From: a virus
Taxonomy: Duplodnaviria; Heunggongvirae; Uroviricota; Caudoviricetes
Strand: one strand, 5' to 3'
Virus record (IMG/VR): IMGVR_UViG_3300015615_000881
Length of the DNA: 64,000 nucleotides
Shown: positions 54,569 through 62,600 of the stretch, one piece after another
Numbering within the stretch: the stretch's first letter is position 1
Layout: each line of letters begins with the position of its first letter
Translations under genes and position numbers: made by a program
Notes under the pieces: model-generated
Databases searched by the model: none
What the model was told of the DNA's origin: nothing
What the model saw: only the letters and a program-made list of their open reading frames with translations

Positions 54569-55308
54569 GAGAAATCCTTCGTCGGCACGCGCTGGATTTC
54601 AAAGCGGTAGCCGCGGGAGGTGTAGTTGAATGCCACGGAGTCGATGACGTTGGTGAACAGCCGGCCTTTGTATTCGGAGATGGAGAGGAGGTTGCTGGCG
54701 ACGAGGCCGTATTCACGGTTCGGCAATTCCAGTAACGAGACTACGCCGTGGCGTTTTGCGACGGCGATCCATTCATCGGTGGCGTGATCGGACCAGTTGG
54801 TGGCGAGCACCCAGACGGGTGGGTAGGAGGTGACGTCGCCGATGGAGACGCTGGTGCAGGCGGACCATGTGGAACTGGCGAAGGAGTGATTCATCTGGCC
54901 GCGCACGACATTCATCTGGCCTGGGGCTTGGATGCGGTTGGGCTCCTGGTCACCGGCAAAGAGGTTGGTGCTGGTGCCAAGATAGATCCCGCGACCGATA
55001 TTGGTCGTTAGGTTATGGTGATAGAGGATGCGGGAACGGTGCGGGCCGGGGTCGGTTGGCACCTGCATTGGATGGTTCGTTGATTCACGGGGGGCGATCG
55101 AGTTTGCGGCGCGCCGCAATTCTGCGAGCAGGGCTAGGCTTTTTTCGATCGTTCGGTCAGTGACGACCGGGTCGCCGGATTCGCTGGTGGCGAGCCAGTC
55201 GCGGCGGATTTCATTAACGGCGGAGCCGACTCGGATGGCGGAGTAGGAAATGGCGCCGAGGCAGAGTAGGCAGACGAGGGCTTTGATGGTGTCGATGGTT
55301 TTTTTCAT
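54559..55308 (-). CDS. membrane/secreted protein with shared C-terminal domain
   Basis: N-terminal hydrophobic segment (ALVCLLCLGAISY). The C-terminus REYGLVASNLLSISEYKGRLFTNVIDSV is paralogous to those of 55312-55896 and 39901-40320. Confidence 0.35.
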   Translation of the reverse strand: MKKTIDTIKALVCLLCLGAISYSAIRVGSAVNEIRRDWLATSESGDPVVTDRTIEKSLALLAELRRAANSIAPRESTNHPMQVPTDPGPHRSRILYHHNLTTNIGRGIYLGTSTNLFAGDQEPNRIQAPGQMNVVRGQMNHSFASSTWSACTSVSIGDVTSYPPVWVLATNWSDHATDEWIAVAKRHGVVSLLELPNREYGLVASNLLSISEYKGRLFTNVIDSVAFNYTSRGYRFEIQRVPTKDFSWR

Positions 55309-55311
55309 AAG

Positions 55312-55896
55312 TTACTCATACCGGCGGACTACCTCCTCGCGGAATGTTCTAGTCAGATTGGTCACGATAACCGATTCAAGGACGTTGGTGTGCTTGACGC
55401 CTTTCCACTCGATGACGGCGACGAGGTTGGATTGGACGGTGCCGCGCTCCAGGGGCGGCGGCGTTGAAACAACGTTGCCGTTGATCATGACTTTGGTGGG
55501 AACCTGATCCACCCAATTCGTATGCAACTGCCATTGTGGCGTGGTGCACAGTAGGTCCGAGCCGTTGAATGATACGCTTACTATTGTTCTCGGCGGCGGC
55601 GCATTCGTCATCACCGGCGACGATTGGACTGTCCACGTGTCGGTTTCGATGAGTGCCGACGGCTTCACGCCCAGAAAGTCCGCGGCCTCCTCTCGTGTCA
55701 TGTGGGAAAGTGGCGTGTAGTGGTGAAACTTGACATACCCGTCATCCATGAAACGAAGCCACACGGACCCTTGGTTGGTGCCGGATCGCCACAAGACTTG
55801 ACCGGCGGCAATTTGTTCTGCCTTGTGGTCAGAGTAGCACCCGGACAACAGAAGCGTGGAGGTGAGGATTAGGGCGAAGGTGATGATGTTTTTCAT
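55312..55896 (-). CDS. lipoprotein with shared C-terminal SNLVAVIEWKGV...TNVLESVIVTNLTR domain
   Basis: Lipobox MKNIITFALILTSTLLLSGC. The C-terminal paralogous domain is present. Confidence 0.4.
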   Translation of the reverse strand: MKNIITFALILTSTLLLSGCYSDHKAEQIAAGQVLWRSGTNQGSVWLRFMDDGYVKFHHYTPLSHMTREEAADFLGVKPSALIETDTWTVQSSPVMTNAPPPRTIVSVSFNGSDLLCTTPQWQLHTNWVDQVPTKVMINGNVVSTPPPLERGTVQSNLVAVIEWKGVKHTNVLESVIVTNLTRTFREEVVRRYE

Positions 55897-55900
55897 ACGA

Positions 55901-56251
55901 TTAACGGTTCAGGATGAGTTCGCAGTAGATGACGAGGCCGCGGCGGAGGAATACCTTTTGGAAGTGTTCTTCGAAATCGAGCAAAGGATCGAGGCGGCTG
56001 GGTTCGGGCTGCCAGGCGCGTTGGAGTTCCCACAGGTATTCGGATAGGGAAGTTGTGCCGTGCGCCTTCCAGAAGGCCATGGCTTTGGTGAGGTCGGTGT
56101 TGAGATCGCTCCAATCGATCCAGTTGTTGAGAGCATCCCGGAGGGCGGGACCACGCCAGCGCTGACGGCAACGGACTTTGTATTCGTCGTGCGTTGGCAC
56201 CTTCAGACCCGCTGAGGCGGGCACGTCCAGCAATTGGATCTGTTCGGTCAT
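55901..56251 (-). CDS. hypothetical protein
   Basis: The probable start is MTEQIQLLD. The ATG lies 5 nt after the 3' CCA of the tRNA-like element. Confidence 0.3.
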   Translation of the reverse strand: MTEQIQLLDVPASAGLKVPTHDEYKVRCRQRWRGPALRDALNNWIDWSDLNTDLTKAMAFWKAHGTTSLSEYLWELQRAWQPEPSRLDPLLDFEEHFQKVFLRRGLVIYCELILNR

Positions 56252-56255
56252 GTTG

Positions 56256-56367
56256 TGGTGGAGGAGCCCGGATTCGAACCGTGCGGTGGCGGGTCGCACA
56301 TCTTACCCATAGCCAGCCGCTCTTAGTGTGCTCTATAGATCTCGTTCCCAACGAGCAAAGCTCCCCC
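56256..56367 (-). ncRNA. 112-nt tRNA-like element (perfect T-arm GG-TTCGAAT-CC, acceptor GGGGGAG/CTCCTCC, encoded ACCA 3' end)
   Basis: The element exactly fills an intergenic gap. The D-arm-like CTCG-TTGGGAA-CGAG is present. No clean anticodon arm could be drawn, as roughly 30 extra nucleotides include a CTCTATAGAG palindrome. Confidence 0.3.
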
Positions 56368-56368
56368 A

Positions 56369-58972
56369 TTACGCCCAGCGGGCGACAACCTTTCCTCCGC
56401 CTGTGCCGGACCCGAGGCCGGCCATGATGAGGCGGACGTTTTCGTCGGCGATCTTCTGCAGCGCGAGACCGACTTCGATCGCGCCGGATTCGCCTTTGGA
56501 TTTTGAGGTCAGGTAATCCTGACCGTTGACCTTGACGAGAGAGTCGTTGACCTCGCAGGGGCCTTTGACGCGGACGAGGCAGCGGCCTTGGGGTTGAACG
56601 TGCAAAATGGAATTGGCGGGTTCGTTATTGCGGGTGACGACGCCGGCGAGAACGGTGTGATCGGCGGCGGCGGACGTGGGCATGACGGAGCGGGTGCCGG
56701 TGTTGACGTCGTCGCCGGCGGTGACGGGTTGGCGCCAGAGAGGGGTGCCGACGGCGAGATGGGAATCGTCGGGTGGACTGTCGATGACGGTGGGGACAGT
56801 GGGATCGGAGTGGCCGAGGAAACCGCGAAAGGCGTCGGACAGGTTCTTGTACGTGCGACGGCTTTGGCGGAGACCGGCGGCGACCATTTTCAGGGCGCGG
56901 GCTTGTTCGATGAGTTCCTGCTGGCCTGGGTAGAGGGATTGTTCGGCGCGGCGGCGGTCGTAGTCGCGTTCGGGTTCGTAGAAATTCTTGCTGCGTTCGT
57001 TTGCGAAATCAACTTCCTCCCAGTGTCCGTCGGCGCCGTAGTGGAGGGTCAGGCGGTTGTAAAAGCCGTTGAGTTGAATGGCCGTGTCGCCGGCGAGGAG
57101 GTAGCGGACGAACCCGCCGTCGGCGATGAGCAACTGGCGGGTGAGATAGGCTGTGCCGATGTCGATGGCTTTGGATACGGCGGTGGTACCGTCGGCGAAG
57201 GGGATCTCGATGGAGGCGCCGGAGACGGGGTCAAGGAGGTATTCGGAGTGGAGTTGGGGTTCGTTGACGGTGTAGTCGAGGGATCCGTTGGGGGTGGCGA
57301 CGGTGCGATAGATGAAGGGTTCGGCCTCGAAAGTGAGGCAGGCGATGACGGGTGGAATGGTTATGTCGATGCCGTCGATGACGCGGAACACGGCGTGGCC
57401 GTCGATGCGCTCGACGAGGCTTTCCGCGCGGATGACAGGTCCGTCGAAGAGAACGTATTTGTAGCCCTGGCCACTGTCGTCGATGTGGAACTGGGCGGCG
57501 GACCAGGTGGTGAGTGCGTCGGACCAGTTGGCGAGGTTGAAGCGGTCGGGGGAGAGGCCGCGGAAGATGTCCTGGGCGACCTGGTAACCGCGGATGATGG
57601 CCAGGCCGTTACCGTCGATCGGGGCGTTTAGGTCGGCGGTCATCACGCCCGTCGCGGGATTGAACTCGACTCTGGCGATCTGCTGTTCGACCAGATTGTA
57701 GGACCGGAGTGGGATCTGACGGACGACTCTTCCCCGCCCAGGGGATGGTTCGATGACGGCGAGATTGTCGGGAGGTTTGAAGCATCGGAAAAGGATGGTG
57801 TTGATGTACTGGACGCACGGCATGTCGAGGCGGGTGCGGCCGGCGAACTTGCGATAGTCGCGGAAAACCTCACCGGAGGGAGGACTGAGGGTGTCCTCGT
57901 GGGCGGCGAACTGACGGAGGGTCATCAGGGTGGACCGGGCGCGGGCTTTATGGCGGCCGATGATCTGTTCGGGATCGTCGGGTTGGCTGGTGTAGGGCAC
58001 GCCTTGTTCGTCGTTGAAGTTTCTGAAGACGTAGTCGTGGAAGAGTTCTTCGTCGTAGAAGAACTGCCATGCCGTGTTCCAGGCGGGCTCGAGACCGACG
58101 TTGATGATCTGGTAAACGTTGCGGCCGCCGAGAACGAAGACGCGCGTGGGCGCGGAGTTCATGGCGGTGCCGTCGCGGAGGATGTCGGTGTTGGGGGGAA
58201 AGACGAAGCGGCCGTCGGCAGAGAAGGAGCCTGGGGAAATGGATTCGTTCTGGCGCAGGACCCCCATGCGGGTCCAGTAGAGGGTCAGGCGTTGGGAGAG
58301 GGTGAATGTGAGACCCTGGCGGGCGCTGACTTCGACGAGGAAGGCGTCGAGGCGGCGGCCGTTGGTGGCATCGATGTTGAGAAGGGTCCGCTCGATCTGG
58401 TCGGGGTGATAGACGCGGGCCCATGGGGTGCCGATGGTTACGCCGGAGAATACGTAATCGAGGACCTGGGAGACGGACAGTGGGGTGTCGGTGTAGGTGC
58501 GGAGGCCTGAATCAAAATTGTTGGGTAGAATGTGCCAGTAACGCTTGCGGCGTTCAGGGAGACCGGTGACGGGCGAGTTCTCGATGGTGGTGTACACCAT
58601 GTTGAAGGCGCAGAAGGTCCAGTCGTCCTGGAGGTATTTGCGTTGGTCGAAGAAGCGGAGGATGCGGGTCTGGCCGCCGGATCCGGCGGCGGAGACGTCG
58701 GACATGCAAACGCCGTGGAAGACGCGGCCGGCGAAGGAGATCTCGGTGTAGGAGCCGACGGCGACGCCGCGTTCGCGGATGGCGGTTTGGACGACCACGT
58801 CGGGATTGGTGACGGATTCAGCGACGTAGTCGATGGTGGCCTCGCCGGGTTGGGCGCCCCAGGACATGGTGAAGTCGAGCTTGCTGATCTGGAACTGGGC
58901 GGCGGCTTGCTGGCCGGGACCGCGGAGTGGATCACGGACGGAAATGACCGGGGGTGGAACAGGATCAGGCAT
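56369..58972 (-). CDS. very large hypothetical protein (867 aa)
   Basis: A long ORF with no recognisable motif. It could be structural. Confidence 0.45.
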   Translation of the reverse strand: MPDPVPPPVISVRDPLRGPGQQAAAQFQISKLDFTMSWGAQPGEATIDYVAESVTNPDVVVQTAIRERGVAVGSYTEISFAGRVFHGVCMSDVSAAGSGGQTRILRFFDQRKYLQDDWTFCAFNMVYTTIENSPVTGLPERRKRYWHILPNNFDSGLRTYTDTPLSVSQVLDYVFSGVTIGTPWARVYHPDQIERTLLNIDATNGRRLDAFLVEVSARQGLTFTLSQRLTLYWTRMGVLRQNESISPGSFSADGRFVFPPNTDILRDGTAMNSAPTRVFVLGGRNVYQIINVGLEPAWNTAWQFFYDEELFHDYVFRNFNDEQGVPYTSQPDDPEQIIGRHKARARSTLMTLRQFAAHEDTLSPPSGEVFRDYRKFAGRTRLDMPCVQYINTILFRCFKPPDNLAVIEPSPGRGRVVRQIPLRSYNLVEQQIARVEFNPATGVMTADLNAPIDGNGLAIIRGYQVAQDIFRGLSPDRFNLANWSDALTTWSAAQFHIDDSGQGYKYVLFDGPVIRAESLVERIDGHAVFRVIDGIDITIPPVIACLTFEAEPFIYRTVATPNGSLDYTVNEPQLHSEYLLDPVSGASIEIPFADGTTAVSKAIDIGTAYLTRQLLIADGGFVRYLLAGDTAIQLNGFYNRLTLHYGADGHWEEVDFANERSKNFYEPERDYDRRRAEQSLYPGQQELIEQARALKMVAAGLRQSRRTYKNLSDAFRGFLGHSDPTVPTVIDSPPDDSHLAVGTPLWRQPVTAGDDVNTGTRSVMPTSAAADHTVLAGVVTRNNEPANSILHVQPQGRCLVRVKGPCEVNDSLVKVNGQDYLTSKSKGESGAIEVGLALQKIADENVRLIMAGLGSGTGGGKVVARWA

Positions 58973-59196
58973 CAGTGTCTCCCGAACATATCGGTGAAAA
59001 TGTCGGCGCCGCGTTGGCCGCCGAGTTTCCGGAGGTCCTCGGCGAATTTGTGACCGGCAGTGTGGCCGGCGGAGTGGCCAGCATCGTAGGCACGCTCGAT
59101 TTGTTGTACCAAGCTGGCGGGTGCGAGGGTGATCCGGATGGCTTCAAACAACCGTGGGTTGTTGGCTTTGATGCTGGCGATGTAATCGTCCCGGGT
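58972..59196 (-). CDS. hypothetical small protein (GTG start overlapping upstream TGA)
   Basis: A GTGA junction at 59196. The ORF-track N-terminus is low-complexity and was ignored. Confidence 0.2.
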   Translation of the reverse strand, partial: TRDDYIASIKANNPRLFEAIRITLAPASLVQQIERAYDAGHSAGHTAGHKFAEDLRKLGGQRGADIFTDMFGRH

Positions 59197-59402
59197 CACA
59201 GGAGGTGTTCGTTGATGACCTTGTGCTCGCGGATCTCGATGGCTGGGCGGGCGCGAAAATCGAAAACCTTGCCGGTGGGGGTGAGGAGGCAGAGGCGATG
59301 GGTGCGGCGATCTTCGCCCCAGCGCCAGTTCTTGTGGTTGGTGAGAAACGCGAGGTGTTCGAGTCTCACACTGGCCCACGTGAATTTTTTCCCTCTGGCC
59401 AT
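59196..59402 (-). CDS. hypothetical small basic protein
   Basis: A 68-aa ORF at the start of an operon, about 260 nt downstream of the primase gene. Confidence 0.3.
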   Translation of the reverse strand: MARGKKFTWASVRLEHLAFLTNHKNWRWGEDRRTHRLCLLTPTGKVFDFRARPAIEIREHKVINEHLL

Positions 59403-59632
59403 TGTTTATGTCGATTCTATTGTCTTGGATGCTCCATCTGGTTACTGGCCGTTGGCTTCAGTGTGCTTTAGCATGCCGACGCATAGAGGACACCTGGCAG
59501 TAACGCCTCGAAGGCCTCCTAAATGTCTCTCGCCGTAAGTTGTAACTTGCGACCCAGACATCGCCGCGTTGAATCGACTCATTCATCAACGGGCACCACC
59601 TGACAACGACGCTTTTTTGAATTTCCATACGC

Positions 59633-59663
59633 TGTTGACCGATTCGACAGATTCTATTGATTT
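59633..59663. promoter_or_regulatory. degenerate copy of conserved element (ATAGAATCTGTCGAATCGGTCAACAG)
   Basis: It lies immediately downstream of the primase-helicase stop and at the head of the next operon. Confidence 0.35.
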
Positions 59664-62600
59664 ACGTTGTGCCTGGCAAGTTTTCTTCGCCGTCTTTTGG
59701 TTCGACGGCGTGGACGATCTCGAAGAGTTCGCCCTTGCGGGGATCGACCCATTCACCGGTGGGCCAGGAGACGCCGGGAGACTTTTCCCATGAGTCGCGC
59801 ATGACGTCGTCGGTGACGGGTTGGTAGCCGAGTTCGTGGAAGTCGAGGTCAACGGCCCAGCAGTTGGAGCCGGCGGGGGCGTCGCCGAACCGTTGCTTGT
59901 GCACGCAGCCGTTGGGAGGGTTGACCCAGGACCGGCGCTGGCTCATCTGCGACTTCAGGTCGGAGTGGTTGAGGGACATGGTTTTACCCTGTTGGCGGTA
60001 GTGGCGTTGGAGAAGGTCGAGAACGACGCCGTGAACGAAGTAGAGGCGGTAGCTGACCCATCTTATGCCGCGGAAACAGTGGACACATTCTTCGTGTGCA
60101 TCGTGGGGATCGACGCCGGGGGGATGGATTGATTCACCGAGGCGGCGGGCTTTGAACATTTTGGACAGGTCGGCGCGGCCGTGGCCGAAGACGCCGGCGC
60201 GGAGGGCGTTGACGATGTCGGTCCAGATGCGATTGACGTCCACGTTTTCGGCGACGGTGGCGCTGCCGGCGGCGCATTCGACCAGGGTAAACCTGTGAAA
60301 CTGTTTGATGTCGGTGGGGGAGTGGGAGTTTAGGAGTGAGACCATGGAGGCCATGGCGGAGTAGCCGACGCCGTAAACGTAGCGGGCGCGTTGCTCGATG
60401 GACTCGATGGCGGGATCTGCCATCCACTTCTCGAGGTTCTCGAGTACGCCTTGAACGAACTTGGGGCGGTTGCGGAGGAGGTGGCGGCCGAGGAGGTAGA
60501 ACTGGTCGCAGTTGGCCTGGAACCAGTCGAAGTGATTGACGCGGCGTTTCTGGTCGGAGACCTGGATGTGGGGGAATCGGGAGCGGACCTGGGCGTCGGA
60601 GGAGGTGGCGATGCCGGTGACCACGACGCTGCCGAGGATGCGGCGCATGCCCTCGCCGAACGTTTTCTTGATGCCGGCTTCGCGGTTGTAGGAGTTCTTG
60701 ATGGTCTCGATGATCTCCGGGGGGCTGTCGGTTTGGAACTCCTCTAACCACACCGGCAGGTTGGAATACTGCTGGAGGACGATGCAGATGCCGACGCGGG
60801 AGGAGCCTTTGAGGACGATGCCGACGTCCTTGGTGAAGCCCCAGATGTGTTGGAGCCATTTGGCGGTGGATGATTTGCCTTTGCCTTTTTCGCCGTGGAG
60901 CCAGAGGCCTGGGAAGGCGGTGAACTTCTGGTAGAGCTCGGGAGCGGCGGCGTAGGCGAGCATCATGCCGAGAGTGAGGTAACCTTCGTAGCCGCCGAGG
61001 GCGTCGTTGAGGCGGGTGGAGACGTTCTGGAAGAGATCGACGATGGCCTCGTTTTCGGATTCGAACTTGCCGCCCACAGCATCGAGCCAGACGTCTTTGG
61101 CGTTGATGTCGGGACGCATGAGGGGGCGGCCCAGTTTGAACTCTTCACCTTCGTGGTCGCGATCGGCCATCTTGTACCCCTTGCCTTCGTGCCAGAGGAT
61201 GCCGGTTTGTTTGTCGGGGGTGAGTTCGACGTTGTCGCCGAGGATGAGGTCGTCGAAGAACCAGAGTTTGGAGCGGGAATGCCAGCCGAAGTAGGGGACC
61301 TCGAGTACGGATTTGTGCGCGAGGGCGTTGGCCATGTCCTTCTGGAGGTTTTGCATCTCGCGTTCGCCGGCGCCCCAGGTGGCGTTGGCGTGGAGGTTGA
61401 GCCAGACGCGCATCTGTTTGGGGGCGCTCCAGGATTCGGCGTCGAGATCGAGGACCTCGGTTTTTTCGCCGTGGATGTTGAAGATGCGAACAAGACGGCG
61501 CAGTTCCCCGCTCTCCTTTTGGAGGATGTGCAGGGGAATCATGTAGAAGTCGGTGAACTGTTCGGGGACACCTTCGAGGGCGATGGAGCAGGCCCATTCG
61601 TAGTCGAGGTCGTGCTGGTGATGGGCGATCTCCCGGCGGAAACGCCAGTTTTGTTCGTAGTTGGCGTCGTCGGGGACCTTGTCTTTGCGTGGCAGGGGTT
61701 TGAGTTGGTAATACCCTTCGGTTAGTTCGCGATACTGGCGGGAGAGCCATGAGAGATAGGTGAGGGCGGCGTCGGGGATCCGGCCTTGTTTACGGCGGCA
61801 CTCCCACACGAAATCGGTGAGCTTGCGGACGAGCCACTTCTCGCGGTCGCCGGCGCGGGGCAGTTTGGGTTCGTAGCTGATGGCCCGGAGTTTTCGGTGG
61901 ATGGTCTTTTCCTCATCTTCAGAGAACAACCCAAGCTGACGGAAGGACGAGACGGTATGGGACTTCTTTAAAACCTCGACGAAGACTTTTTGAATCGGCG
62001 GCTTTCTCGACAGCCAGTCAGGTTCGGCGGCGGGTTGGTCGGAGTGGAGGAGGTGCGACAGGTGGCCATCCCAGTCGGCCTTGCCGTTCTCGTCGCGCCA
62101 GTCGTTGGGGAGCACGCAGACGCGGGCGTCGTAACCGTCACGGGCGAGTTGCTCGGCGAGGTAGCGGGCCCAGACCTGGGTATCGTAGCGTTTCCAGGGA
62201 TCCTTTTTGAACCCGGGCAGATTTGGGTTGCCTTTGTCCTCGTTGTCGAAGGCGACGCAGACGCGGCGGGCGCCGGAGGATCTGAGCCACTTCTCGAGGG
62301 CGGCGCGGACCCACCAGGATCCGCCGCTGGACTTGCTCATGCTGATGCCTGGCAGGGCGGCGACGCCGAAGGCTGCCGTGCCGTCCTCCTTGCGTAAATC
62401 TCCCAACACCTGGCTCACGGCAAGTGCCTTGAACTCACCCTCGCAGATGATGGCGGTGTCGAACTTGCGTTGATTCTGGCGGTCGGGAAAGGGGACGTAG
62501 AGATGGGGCGATCGCCCTTTGAGCATCTCCTTGTGTGGGCGCAGTTGGAGGAGGCGGCCGCGATCGTCGAAGTAGGGAATGAGGATTGGTTGGGTCCAGT

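Noticed and set aside
56256-56367. tmRNA, or a prophage attachment site paired with the tRNA(CAT) at 13.3 kb
   Set aside because: The element is far too short for tmRNA and lacks a tag reading frame. Its T-arm and acceptor sequences differ from the tRNA at 13309-13383, so the two are not attL/attR direct repeats. No integrase was found in the window.
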